Shown: positions 1 to 9,958, numbered from the stretch's first letter. The stretch: 64,000 nt of DNA from an uncultured Marinobacter sp. (GCF_947488835.1 NZ_CANLBK010000006.1:40042-104041), one strand, 5' to 3'. The notes: a model not told the origin generated them from the sequence alone. A program made the numbers and translations.

Positions 1-1
1 A

Positions 2-202
2 ACACTGCAGGCGTGTTTTCGGGATGGGCTTGTGACACCTGATGACACCCATGAGTTTGCCAGGGTGGCAGTAAGGCTGCTAAACAGCGAAACATCAGAT
101 ATCGAAATTCCTTATCGGTTTCGGCTGCAAGCGCAGACGGAGGCTACACTGGAGGTTTACCAGAATCTCCTCGAAGCAAAAACCGGAATCAGCTCACACT
201 AA
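2..202 (+). CDS. 3' end of a probable GT4 glycosyltransferase (truncated by window edge)
   Basis: Open frame from position 2, TLQACFRDGLVTPDDTHEFARVAVRLL...TLEVYQNLLEAKTGISSH, ending TAA 200-202. Resembles a GT-B/GT4 C-terminus. Converges on the next gene. Confidence 0.65.
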   Translation, partial: TLQACFRDGLVTPDDTHEFARVAVRLLNSETSDIEIPYRFRLQAQTEATLEVYQNLLEAKTGISSH

Positions 203-203
203 A

Positions 204-1253
204 TTACCGCGCACTAGATGCCAAAGAGTGTCGAAGTAAGCTGGGGATCTGCTGTTCCAGTCTTGAGAGCAAAAGATCTCGAGCATGATTATCGATATTG
301 GCGTTGGCTGGCAAACTGGGCATGACCGCCCCTAACGTCCACAGCTTGCAATATCCTGCCAACTCAAACTGCTCAAGCGCTTTATGATGACGCTCAGGCG
401 GCTTTCCATCCGCTGGCTTCAGAACAGTTGTCGGCTTTCGGCTCGCGATGGCTTCACTGATCATTGTCATGCTATCCGCAGTAACAAACACCGCATCTGA
501 CGCGTCCAAATAGCTATTCATTACCTTTCTCGGCGATTCACTCCACCAAACCGAATCCGCCAACACTGAAACCGGCAGAGCCTTCTTTAGTAACTGCTCA
601 CCAGCGCAGCCAGTGCGCCGGGAAGTCGTCACAAGCCACCGGCAATTATCGCGCTTGGACAAACCTTCAACCAAGCCACCAATCTGGCTCCATGTGGTTT
701 CATCAAAAGAATAACCGGCACCATCACCACCGACAACAAGACTATAAAGTGGCTGCCTATTCTTCAGTTGCAGCCTATCTCTTAGCGCACCCCCATTCTC
801 TGCCGGCTCGCTCGGATTCGTTGCTGTTGGAACCAGATCCATAACGATGTTGTGCGACTGCCCCGTTGGCTCGAGCGTCAGATGCGCCGAAAACTCACTC
901 GAATGCAGCCTGCGGCCGGAGCCCAGAAAAATATTGGGCACAGACCACTTTCGAGCCAGTGCTACATTCAAAAACGACGTATTACCACCCGCGGACACAA
1001 TCAGATCCGGGCGCGTAGTCTCAGAGCCGAGCATGCCAGAGTCATAGAAAACTGTACCAATGTGCGGGCCGACACGGTTGATTCTGAGCATATAGGGCAA
1101 CAAAAGCCGAGACAGTGATCTGACACGCAATGCCACTGTTTGCTCGACGCAAACAAGCTCATAGCGCGTCGAAAGCCAATCCACCAGACCCCGCGCTTGG
1201 CTCACATGGCCAGGGACACCGTCCGATAGAATCAAAACCTTGAGCTTAGTCAC
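204..1253 (-). CDS. ELM1/GtrOC1-family putative glycosyltransferase
   Basis: N-terminal LSDGxPGHxSQARGL, SAGG, GG-rich loop, TTSRRT and VTADSMTMISEAIAS are typical of the family. GTG start overlaps the upstream TGA (GTGA). Confidence 0.85.
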   Translation of the reverse strand: MTKLKVLILSDGVPGHVSQARGLVDWLSTRYELVCVEQTVALRVRSLSRLLLPYMLRINRVGPHIGTVFYDSGMLGSETTRPDLIVSAGGNTSFLNVALARKWSVPNIFLGSGRRLHSSEFSAHLTLEPTGQSHNIVMDLVPTATNPSEPAENGGALRDRLQLKNRQPLYSLVVGGDGAGYSFDETTWSQIGGLVEGLSKRDNCRWLVTTSRRTGCAGEQLLKKALPVSVLADSVWWSESPRKVMNSYLDASDAVFVTADSMTMISEAIASRKPTTVLKPADGKPPERHHKALEQFELAGYCKLWTLGAVMPSLPANANIDNHARDLLLSRLEQQIPSLLRHSLASSAR

Positions 1254-2272
1254 GTTGTGCCCATCACTTCTCTGTAAATACCAATAGTTTCCGCAACCAT
1301 GCTATCAAACGTAAGCGCTTGCTGAGCCCATAGAAAAACCGGACGCTGGCTCTGTCTGGCAACGTCAGGGTTCTCTGCCAGCCAGGTTAATTTGCAACTA
1401 AGCGCATCGATATTATTGCATTCAACCAGATAGTCTTGGGGTAGCACTTCTTCTGCACCCGGCACCCTGGTAGACAGCACAGGCAGGCCACTTAATAAAG
1501 CTTCAGCCAGAACATAGCTGAAGCCCTCCCGGTGAGATGCGAACACAAGAAGGTCCGCCGCTTGCATCATTCCCCGAACATCTGCCCGAAAACCAGCCAG
1601 CTTCACACATTGCTCAAGCCCCTGCCGACGAATAGTTGCCTCAAGCCTGGTTCGCTCGGGACCCTCCCCTACAATAACCAGCTGCCCATGACTGGGCCGC
1701 CATGCCAGAATCAGGTTATCAAATGCCTTGACTGGCACCAGCCTGCCAACCGCCAGCGAAATTCGCATATCCGGGTCTAAACCGAAGGTTTGCGCGAGAG
1801 TTGTTCGGTCCATTGAGGGACTGAAATAAGGCGTCATCCCATTGTAAACAACCCGCAGATCAGGATGATCAACGTTCGAAACTACACCTTTGCTTACTCC
1901 AATGACCGTGTTCATATGGGAGAACATTCTGGTGGAACGCTTGCGGCTATGAATGGAACCAATCCGATACCCTGGCACCACTGCTCGGACACGTGCCAGC
2001 ATCTCAACCGCTTTGTTTGCTTGGGCATGGATAATGTCCGGTGCCTCCCGTCGCAAGATCAGAGCAAGCCGGGCCAACAAAACAGGATTGCGTCGCCCAC
2101 CGCTAAGGTTGAGGGAAATAAACCTTACTGATGGCTCAAAACGGCCGCTGTATTTTGCATGGGCAATGGCAACAACCTCACAACCCTGCATCGCCAAACC
2201 ATTGCAGAGTTCTGCAAAATGATTTTCCAGCCCGCCGTCGCCATCGCCGGCCATCACCTGACATATTTTCAT
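1250..2272 (-). CDS. Glycosyltransferase family 4 (GT-B), LPS core
   Basis: GDGGLENH N-terminal motif, VGRLVPVKAF, and GT4 E-X7-E motif SHREGFSYVLAEA. Confidence 0.9.
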   Translation of the reverse strand: MKICQVMAGDGDGGLENHFAELCNGLAMQGCEVVAIAHAKYSGRFEPSVRFISLNLSGGRRNPVLLARLALILRREAPDIIHAQANKAVEMLARVRAVVPGYRIGSIHSRKRSTRMFSHMNTVIGVSKGVVSNVDHPDLRVVYNGMTPYFSPSMDRTTLAQTFGLDPDMRISLAVGRLVPVKAFDNLILAWRPSHGQLVIVGEGPERTRLEATIRRQGLEQCVKLAGFRADVRGMMQAADLLVFASHREGFSYVLAEALLSGLPVLSTRVPGAEEVLPQDYLVECNNIDALSCKLTWLAENPDVARQSQRPVFLWAQQALTFDSMVAETIGIYREVMGTT

Positions 2273-2383
2273 CTGACAACCTCGTGTGTGTATTGACGCA
2301 CTTCAGTTATACAACGGCACGCGATACACTTGCCCGGGATTTCCTGGGGCATCTTATACGCATTTCGATGTGAGACAATTTAC

Positions 2384-3238
2384 ATGAAGCTATCTGTCAT
2401 CATAAGCACTTACAACTCCCCCCGTTGGCTGGAAAAAGTGCTTTGGGGCTACAGCGTACAATCTCACAAAGACTTCGAAATTATTATGGCAGACGATGGT
2501 TCGGGCGATGAAACCCGCGCACTGATTGACAAGATGCGCACAGAAACCGGCCTGACAATCAAGCATGTCTGGCAAACCGACGACGGTTTTCGCAAATGCC
2601 GAATTCTTAACAAAGCGGTTCTGGAAGCCAGCGCGGATTATCTGGTATTTACGGACGGTGACTGCATCCCCAGAAATGACTTTCTTGAAGTGCACGCCAG
2701 CGAAGCTGCACCCGGGAGATACCTGTCTGGTGGTTACCACAAGTTGCCAATGAGCACGAGCGAAGCCATTTCGAAAGACGACATTCTGACTGGCCGCTGT
2801 TTCGATCTGGGATGGCTTAAACAGCATGGGCTTAAAACAAGCTACAAGAACAGCAAGCTGGCTGCTAACCGCTGGCAGGCAAAAGTGTACAACACCCTGA
2901 CACCAACCCGGTGCCGGTTTAAAGGATCAAATGGTTCCGCATGGAAGAAGGATGTTCTTGCAGTAAATGGCTTTGATGAAACCATGGCCTATGGCGGTGA
3001 AGACAGGGAGTTTGGTGTGAGGCTGATAAACAATGGCATCAAACCGAAGCACGTTCGTTATAACGCGATCGTGATTCATCTGGATCATAAAAGGGGGTAT
3101 GTTGATCCCGTTTTAGTAAAAAAGAACAAAGATTTTCGACTTGGCGTTGAAGCAAATAAGATACTGACAACCCAAAATGGCATAGAACAGCTGCGCCCTT
3201 CTGCGAATATAGAAACCGATAAAGCATCCCAACTGTGA
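2384..3238 (+). CDS. Glycosyltransferase family 2 with galactosyltransferase-like C-terminal domain
   Basis: MKLSVIISTYN, ADDGS, FTDGDC DXD motif, NGFDETMAYGGED. Start moved to ATG 2384. Confidence 0.9.
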   Translation: MKLSVIISTYNSPRWLEKVLWGYSVQSHKDFEIIMADDGSGDETRALIDKMRTETGLTIKHVWQTDDGFRKCRILNKAVLEASADYLVFTDGDCIPRNDFLEVHASEAAPGRYLSGGYHKLPMSTSEAISKDDILTGRCFDLGWLKQHGLKTSYKNSKLAANRWQAKVYNTLTPTRCRFKGSNGSAWKKDVLAVNGFDETMAYGGEDREFGVRLINNGIKPKHVRYNAIVIHLDHKRGYVDPVLVKKNKDFRLGVEANKILTTQNGIEQLRPSANIETDKASQL

Positions 3239-4563
3239 CAGCCATCCAAGCATCCCCCAAAAAACGCATTCAAAAGCTTGAAGCCCCAAAGCCGTATCTT
3301 GAGCTCTTGATGCTCGCTTGCGTCGTATTGTTTATTCTTTTCAAGCGATCCTATCGCGATATCGGCGATGTTGCGCTGGGGCTCCTCGTTTTGGGTACTC
3401 TGTATCACGCGTTTAAAGCCGGTCAACACATGAAAACCGATGCTTATCCGCGCCTCTTTGTGATCTCGCTGATCGTACCAACCGCGTCGTGGCTGAACAG
3501 CACCCTGTTTATTCCTGAGCTCGCCCTGCCGACTCCCTCTCCTTTCAGCCTCTATACCTTTTTCATATTCTGGTTCCTGGCATACTGGATACAGGGCAAT
3601 GAGCAGCGCATAGCATTGGTTCTGCTCGCCTACTGCTGTGGCGCGCTACTTTTATTCATAACAGCTCCCGCAGAGCTCGCAGAAGAGCTCAACCGCGCAG
3701 CTTCAGGTGCGAGGGTAAGTTTTGGACTACGAAACGCCCAACACACCTCGCTGATCGCGGCGTTTGGTCTCCTCGCATCTATTTTCATGATGCTTTCACG
3801 TACTCGCTTAAGCCGAAGATTGGAAATTATCAAGGCGCTGGTGTCTCTGCTATTCGTAACGATATTCATAGCGATCACAATAGCTGCACAGTCTCGCCAG
3901 GCATGGCTACCTATAGCTTTATGCTTGGGGCTAACACCCGCACTATTGAAAGCGACCGGGACTCTTCAGATTCGGATTGTCCCGATGATCGTCCTGTATG
4001 CATTACTCGGTATCATCGGCGCACTTGCTGCGAACCTCGACGTAGTGCAAAACCGTGCCACTGCTGAGAGTTCAACTCTTAGCAAAATTTCGCACGGCGA
4101 CATCTCCGAAATACCCAATGACACAAGCATCGGGATACGAATTCATTCGTGGTTCGAAGCGAGTCACTGGATTGCAAAACGTCCAGTTTTTGGCAACGGA
4201 GAAGACATAAAGGAAGATGTAATCGTAGCGGCTGAAAGTCTTCCCGAGTGGGTCAGGGCAGAATTCAAACACCTCCACAGCTCCCACATTGAGACTCTTC
4301 TAAGCTATGGCATAGTGGGTGCGACGTTAATCTATTTTATTATTATCTTCCCTGTCGCCAGAATCATCAGAGAAAAGAAAGGGGCGGAAGGGGCTAAATG
4401 GGTAATATTTTCCATCTTCACCCTTATCATCTGGCTCACTATCAATACTTTCGAGTCATTTTTCTATATGTGGGATGGGATATACGTCTTTACAGTTTTT
4501 TACGGGGTCATCTACAGCTTTTCTTTCAGCGCTGAGAAACACGAGCACTTTTCATCCTCGTAG
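3235..4563 (+). CDS. waaL: O-antigen ligase family (Wzy_C) membrane protein
   Basis: Many hydrophobic segments, QSRQAW, periplasmic loop with TSIGIR and HLHSSHIETLLSYGIVG. GTGA coupling to the upstream GT2. Confidence 0.8.
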   Translation: MTAIQASPKKRIQKLEAPKPYLELLMLACVVLFILFKRSYRDIGDVALGLLVLGTLYHAFKAGQHMKTDAYPRLFVISLIVPTASWLNSTLFIPELALPTPSPFSLYTFFIFWFLAYWIQGNEQRIALVLLAYCCGALLLFITAPAELAEELNRAASGARVSFGLRNAQHTSLIAAFGLLASIFMMLSRTRLSRRLEIIKALVSLLFVTIFIAITIAAQSRQAWLPIALCLGLTPALLKATGTLQIRIVPMIVLYALLGIIGALAANLDVVQNRATAESSTLSKISHGDISEIPNDTSIGIRIHSWFEASHWIAKRPVFGNGEDIKEDVIVAAESLPEWVRAEFKHLHSSHIETLLSYGIVGATLIYFIIIFPVARIIREKKGAEGAKWVIFSIFTLIIWLTINTFESFFYMWDGIYVFTVFYGVIYSFSFSAEKHEHFSSS

Positions 4564-5274
4564 CCTCACCTGGAAAAAATACTTTTGCCATGTATAAAAT
4601 CTCCCCCAGAAACCAAGGTGCTTGGCCTTCAAGAAAACCATTTTTCGAGACCTTTTCCAGCTGTGCTGATACCAATGCACGAGATAAGCATCAGCGGTGC
4701 ACTCGAAAAAGATATCTTCACCTTGGTAAGGGTTAAAAAAGTGCCGAGGGAAGATCTTCGACGGTTCCAAATCACAAACGCTGTTGTCGATCAAAATCTC
4801 CGTGAAAATGTGGGGGCCGATATATAAAGGGGACGTCCATATTTCAGCCTCGTAGAAGGAGATTAACTCCGCCAGAATATTCGAATTTTTTTGTGCGAAA
4901 ATAGCACATGTACCAATCCTCGAGTCAGCCTCATACCCCACCGCGAACATCAAATCCTGGAAAAGGGGGAAAGGATCCCTGCGTATTGTCACGTCTAGAT
5001 CGAGATACAGCCCACCAAACTTTTGAAGTATTTTTAGTCGCAAATAGTCAGTAACAAACGCATACAGCCCTCGACGAAAACACTCGCGTGCAAACCGGCA
5101 CCCCTCAATCCATTGAAGAATTTCCGTGTCCGACTCGGTCCACAACCTGTACTTGAAACCCTGCTTTCTCCAATCATCCACGCAAGCATGGCCAAGCGGC
5201 GACATCTTCTTACCCAGCCAAATTCCATGAATTATCTCGCTGGTGTTTTTTGCCTCTTGCTGCATTGATATCAC
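4552..5274 (-). CDS. Glycosyltransferase with DXD sugar-binding region (GT32 / capsular-synthesis type)
   Basis: IIHGIWLG, AFVTDYLRLKILQKFGGLYLDLDV, YIGP. Alternative start ATG 5265. 3' end overlaps waaL by 12 nt. Confidence 0.85.
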   Translation of the reverse strand: MISMQQEAKNTSEIIHGIWLGKKMSPLGHACVDDWRKQGFKYRLWTESDTEILQWIEGCRFARECFRRGLYAFVTDYLRLKILQKFGGLYLDLDVTIRRDPFPLFQDLMFAVGYEADSRIGTCAIFAQKNSNILAELISFYEAEIWTSPLYIGPHIFTEILIDNSVCDLEPSKIFPRHFFNPYQGEDIFFECTADAYLVHWYQHSWKRSRKMVFLKAKHLGFWGRFYTWQKYFFQVRLRG

Positions 5275-6011
5275 CGCAACCGGAACTTCAGGTTATGAAC
5301 CGTGCGCGCAACGGCTTCATTCAGATGCTTGGCCTTTCTGTAGAGCGTTACACGGAGATCACGTTTCGATTTCTGCTTCGCGTAACCGATCATGGAGTCA
5401 AATTCTTGGTCATTAGTCAGGCATGGCGGGTGCACACCATAGTTCTCCACACCATGCTTCCAGAACTCATCCATCTCCAAATCCACTGGCTGAGTCCATT
5501 CCCTGGCGTGCCGGAGAAACTTTTCAGCCCCGGTTGGGGTTAGATAATAACCTGTGGTGCTTTTGTGTCCTTTGGAGTATTTGAACACTTCAATACTGCC
5601 GATCTCAAATACGCGCTTCAGAGGTGTACTCTTCTTTCGCAAAGGAGAAAATAGCCTGACACACTCAAGATTCTCGGGGAGCTTTTCTGTGACATTTACA
5701 AAGGTGTCAAAGCGCTCCGGGAATAACAGTGCATCATCTTCAAGAACAATCATCGGACGCCCTGACTCTACGCACTGCTCCCAAATCAGATAGTGACTGG
5801 CGTAGCACCCAAGCTGTCCCGGAGACATGTCATCAGGCTCTTCTCGCCGACGTTTCATTGAGTTGTAATGGCGAAACAGGTCATGCCCCTTGCTTCCATT
5901 AACCGCATCAAAAAAAGAAAACTCGAGATCGAGGGATTGCAATTGCTGAGAGATTTTCTCTCGGCGCTCGAGAGCCGACGCTAGGCTTATGACGACAATT
6001 TGGGGGGGCAT
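5271..6011 (-). CDS. Glycosyltransferase family 25 (LgtB/Lex2B-like)
   Basis: VISLASALERR, FFDAVNG, GQLGCYASHYLIW, IVLEDDA, GYYLTP. Confidence 0.9.
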   Translation of the reverse strand: MPPQIVVISLASALERREKISQQLQSLDLEFSFFDAVNGSKGHDLFRHYNSMKRRREEPDDMSPGQLGCYASHYLIWEQCVESGRPMIVLEDDALLFPERFDTFVNVTEKLPENLECVRLFSPLRKKSTPLKRVFEIGSIEVFKYSKGHKSTTGYYLTPTGAEKFLRHAREWTQPVDLEMDEFWKHGVENYGVHPPCLTNDQEFDSMIGYAKQKSKRDLRVTLYRKAKHLNEAVARTVHNLKFRLR

Positions 6012-6077
6012 ATTTAGTAAGAACCATTAGTTTGAATGTTTATCATCCCGTTTCTCGGGCGAACTCTGGTTGGCCGA

Positions 6078-7001
6078 TTATTTCCGAATAATCGGCAGCC
6101 ATCGCTTGAGAGCAACCTCAATATTATTGAGATGCTTGAGCATGCTCAAGCCCGTGAGCGGGTTATAGGTCCACGGCTTGGCAGGAGTCTCCCCCTTACA
6201 GTCCAGAAACTGCTCGGCGATGGGAGGCACATTCTCACTGGACGCCGCCAGAAAACGTGAAGCCTGCTCCTCCGTCCACATACGAAAGGGGTAAAAACCA
6301 CACCTCTTACGCTTCTCCGCAAGCTTCAAGCCCAACGTTTTACTTTTACCACGATAAGCAGGAACCTCGGGCAACCACATTGCAAATGGCGCCCAGAGAT
6401 ACAACATAGGGCCGAAAGACGCCTTGGCCTGACTATCGTTTGCAGGCTCAGACTGGTGAAATTCCCAACCTGCTGCGAGCAAACGCGCAGGCTTAAACAT
6501 AACCAGGTCGGAATAGTGAACCCCTGCACTTTGCCCCATATTCTTGCGCATGAAAACTGACGCATCAGGCCCCGACTCTGGAATCAGTGGTCGCTTTAAC
6601 TGATCGACACCCCGAATAAAGCATGGATGAATGAACGCAACGTCCGGGTTCGATTCAAACAGCTTATCAAGCTCTATCACCTCATGCCCCAGTATGGGCC
6701 TTACCAACTGCGTATCGTCTTGAAGATAACAAAGAAGGTTTCGGTCTTTCAGCTTAACCAAGGCATTCTGCATGTTGTGGTACAACCCGCCATGCTTGAT
6801 GCTGCCCTTTTTTTCCGGTAACACAACCTGGTGGCGGTCTTTAATGCCCGCAAGGAACTCAAGAGTTTGTGGGTCGTTGCTATCGTCGTCGAATATAACA
6901 ATTTCGGGCTGATCAATGGCAGCCTCAATGGAGTCAATGCAGTTTTTCAGAAAGGCGCCGCGATTGAACGAGAAGATACAGAATGTGATGCTAGCTGACA
7001 T
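6078..7001 (-). CDS. Glycosyltransferase family 2 / GT-A
   Basis: FCIFSFNRG, IFDDDSND, YLQDD. Start moved to ATG 7001. Confidence 0.85.
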   Translation of the reverse strand: MSASITFCIFSFNRGAFLKNCIDSIEAAIDQPEIVIFDDDSNDPQTLEFLAGIKDRHQVVLPEKKGSIKHGGLYHNMQNALVKLKDRNLLCYLQDDTQLVRPILGHEVIELDKLFESNPDVAFIHPCFIRGVDQLKRPLIPESGPDASVFMRKNMGQSAGVHYSDLVMFKPARLLAAGWEFHQSEPANDSQAKASFGPMLYLWAPFAMWLPEVPAYRGKSKTLGLKLAEKRKRCGFYPFRMWTEEQASRFLAASSENVPPIAEQFLDCKGETPAKPWTYNPLTGLSMLKHLNNIEVALKRWLPIIRK

Positions 7002-7075
7002 AGTTATCCCTGTGAAATTCCAGTACCCACCGCGAAGGCATAAACATTGTCTTACTGAGGCAAAGCTGCTCTCAG

Positions 7076-7897
7076 CTAACGACTGAAGTCTTGGCGCCGT
7101 GCCTTTCCAGGCCTTGCTTTTATGAGGTACCAAAAGTTATGAACGATCCTGCCAAACTTTTGCCTAAGCATGTATGACCGCCACCTTATGTAGCTTCGGA
7201 GAGTTCGCTTCGCCTTCTGCTCCTCACCCCAAGGCATAAAAGACCCCTGTACAGGGTCGTGGGTAAGGCAGGGCGGATCTATGCCATGGCACTCAACCCC
7301 GTTGACCCAGAAATGATCCATTAATCGATCAACTGGTTCTGCCCAACTCTGACAATAAGCAATAAACTTTCCAGCAGCTGGGGGCGTTAGATAATAGCCT
7401 GTTGCACTAATGTGCCCCCGCAGATACTTGCCTAACTGAAGTGATCCTAACTCCGTGACTGGATAGTAGAGAGTATTCCGAGCTTTATTCTCAAATAGCC
7501 GGACACATTCCACGCTGTCTGGCAGCAGAGGAATCGACTGCAAGAACTCAGTGAACTGCGCAGGGAAAATTTGCGCATCGTCCTCAAGCACTATAACTGC
7601 CTGCCCCGATTCAACACACCGCTGCCAAATGAGAAAGTGACTCGCGAAGCAGCCCAACTGCCCATATGTAAGAGGCTTACCGCCGATCAACCTGACCCTC
7701 TCAGGGTCGTAGTGATCAAACAGCGCGTGACCGTCCTTCCCATCAACCGCATCGAAGAACTCAAACTCCAAATCAAGTGAGGCGAATTGAGTTTCAATGG
7801 CTGCCCTTCTCTCAGCTGCGCGCACGAGACTAACCACAAGAATCAAAGGATGCTGCCCTGCCCATTCAGCATGCTGGGAACATTTAACGTCAGTCAT
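7076..7897 (-). CDS. Glycosyltransferase family 25, second paralog
   Basis: VVSLVRAAERR, FFDAVDG, GQLGCFASHFLIW, IVLEDDA, GYYLTP. Confidence 0.9.
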   Translation of the reverse strand: MTDVKCSQHAEWAGQHPLILVVSLVRAAERRAAIETQFASLDLEFEFFDAVDGKDGHALFDHYDPERVRLIGGKPLTYGQLGCFASHFLIWQRCVESGQAVIVLEDDAQIFPAQFTEFLQSIPLLPDSVECVRLFENKARNTLYYPVTELGSLQLGKYLRGHISATGYYLTPPAAGKFIAYCQSWAEPVDRLMDHFWVNGVECHGIDPPCLTHDPVQGSFMPWGEEQKAKRTLRSYIRWRSYMLRQKFGRIVHNFWYLIKARPGKARRQDFSR

Positions 7898-8867
7898 TCA
7901 GCCCGTCCTGTTTTGTAATCAGATTCATTAGCTGGCCAGACCAATTCTCAACCGACCATAACTTCCGCCCCGTACTTTGGGAATGAATAGTCACGAATTT
8001 TATAGCGGGGTCCTTGAAGCACAAAGCGACTTCGCGAGAAAGACGCTCTGCATCACTGGTATCGAAAATATATCGGATATGCTCTGTATCTGCCCAAACG
8101 ACATTCTGACCATAGTCCGTCTGCCTACGAGCCAAGAATGCTTTGTAGGTTGCAAACTCAGACCAGCGGCGCGGGGGCTGCTTCAGTAGAACACTCCACC
8201 AGGGTTCACCATGCTCTGATTCAAGCCACTCAAACAACGCTCTCAGGGTTGGCACATGTATTATAAAAGGAGTGTCAAAATAATCGTTGATGCGGCCATT
8301 ATCTTCAGGCTTTGCATGGACCAGATGACTCGCCTGATTCACCCAGTTCCGGACTTTTGAAATCAGCCTTTCTGGCGTGCCCCATGTGGCATAACAGGCG
8401 ATGGCACTCCCTGCAGGCAAGAGCTCCGCTGGCGTTGCATCCGGGCAGACAACCACATCAGAATCGATAACAACCGCATAGTCACATTCAGACTCCGCCG
8501 CTAGCTTGAGTTTACATATCTGCTGGGTGTGCCAGCCGGTGTAATGCGGCCAGGACGGCACGCCGATTTTTCTGGACAAGCTTCCGGCTATGCGGGTGAC
8601 ATGGCGCCCGAGCATTCGTTCATAAGCCCGCGCCTTCAGCCGCTTTTGCTCTAGTGCTGCAGGTAGGACGTCGGCTGTACTGAGCATAGTAAGAGAGCCG
8701 CCCCCGAAACCGCTGAAGGCATGCCTATCCTCTGCCTGAACAACGGTTGCATGCGGAATATCCCGCAACCCTGAGCGCTCTATGGAGGCTCGTAACAGCC
8801 TGTAGTGCTCAAGATCGCCAGACCAAGTGGGCGTTATAAGAATGAATGACGGCGCTGCATCCATCAT
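7890..8867 (-). CDS. DUF6492-like protein, probable GT-A fold sugar transferase
   Basis: GWHTQQICKL followed by VIDSDVV (DXD). Family assignment is from recalled motifs. Overlaps both neighbours. Confidence 0.6.
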   Translation of the reverse strand: MMDAAPSFILITPTWSGDLEHYRLLRASIERSGLRDIPHATVVQAEDRHAFSGFGGGSLTMLSTADVLPAALEQKRLKARAYERMLGRHVTRIAGSLSRKIGVPSWPHYTGWHTQQICKLKLAAESECDYAVVIDSDVVVCPDATPAELLPAGSAIACYATWGTPERLISKVRNWVNQASHLVHAKPEDNGRINDYFDTPFIIHVPTLRALFEWLESEHGEPWWSVLLKQPPRRWSEFATYKAFLARRQTDYGQNVVWADTEHIRYIFDTSDAERLSREVALCFKDPAIKFVTIHSQSTGRKLWSVENWSGQLMNLITKQDGLND

Positions 8868-9754
8868 TTCGCGCCCCTATCCCGCCGCCGCGACTGCCAA
8901 ACCCGCAACCAGGTTCTAAGCCGACTGCGGGTTTCACTGCCGCTGTAGCGTCCTTTCGCAACATGCCGGATCCGGAATACACCCGGAATCGAAATCGGCT
9001 CACCCTGGCTACGCAACAACCAGCGGAACGCCCGATCTTCATGGCATTTTGCAAAGCTCTCTACCGGCTGCTGATAGAGCCCAATGTTGCGGCAATAGCC
9101 GACAGCTCTGCAAACGTCACCATGGGCGATCTGTAGTGGCCCAGTCGCCTTGGATATATGCCGTGATGTAAACGATGAGGTATCGATATCGAGCACTTGT
9201 GGCTCAGAGGAACCCGCCTGGAGCATGGGGTTGTTCTCCGCCAGCAAGTCCGTTGTTCGTTCGATTTCCGGGAATAATAATGCGTTCTGGCGCCCCTGCA
9301 ACGCCTCTGCCAAGGCATCCAGACAGTTGTCACGAAACATCAGGTCGCAATCAGTAAACCAGACCCAGTCAGCCTTTGTTGCCAGGGCGGCGCGGTTGCG
9401 ACCAATACCGCGACGAAAAAGCTGCTGTTTTGGAATTGGTTGCCAGTTCCAGCTAACACCCGGAACCACCTGTTGACCAAAAAAATCCAACAGTGCTTTT
9501 GTTTTAGCATCTTCCGGGCTGTAAAAAACGGTCATCGTCACATCAAGCTTCTCAGGCGGAAAAAGCACCACAGAGCTAAGCTGATAAACAAGGAAATGTG
9601 AGTAGTTCCAGCAGTGGCTGACAACTTCAACACTCAGGTGCCCCGTGCGGGCAGCGCGATCCTTTTCTGGCGGTAGATTGGGTTCAAACCATGCGGCCGG
9701 TATCCAGCCACCTGCCGCAAACCGATAAAAAGCCAGTACGATCAAATTCCACAT
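8864..9754 (-). CDS. Putative GT-A glycosyltransferase
   Basis: RGIGRNRAALATKADWVWFTDCDLMF (GT2-like RN...DXD). First gene of the minus-strand GT operon. Confidence 0.75.
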   Translation of the reverse strand: MWNLIVLAFYRFAAGGWIPAAWFEPNLPPEKDRAARTGHLSVEVVSHCWNYSHFLVYQLSSVVLFPPEKLDVTMTVFYSPEDAKTKALLDFFGQQVVPGVSWNWQPIPKQQLFRRGIGRNRAALATKADWVWFTDCDLMFRDNCLDALAEALQGRQNALLFPEIERTTDLLAENNPMLQAGSSEPQVLDIDTSSFTSRHISKATGPLQIAHGDVCRAVGYCRNIGLYQQPVESFAKCHEDRAFRWLLRSQGEPISIPGVFRIRHVAKGRYSGSETRSRLRTWLRVWQSRRRDRGAK

Positions 9755-9958
9755 AGTTGCTGCCCGAGTCGCGCCTGATTCTTGCGCCCGACTGAAGGGG
9801 TGGATTTCCTCCGGGCGTCATTCCTTAAAGCGGCAAATTCTAACATGGCGCGGTCTCAAATACAGGAAACCATCTGTTAACCAAACAGCCCCCAACTTGT
9901 ACGTACCAGATGACAGTGGTACTTTTCCGATCTGCATCCCGCTGATTGGATTTTTCTT

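Noticed and set aside
7002-7075. ops/JUMPStart element in the LPS operon
   Set aside because: CGCGGTGGGTAC does not match GGCGGTAG.
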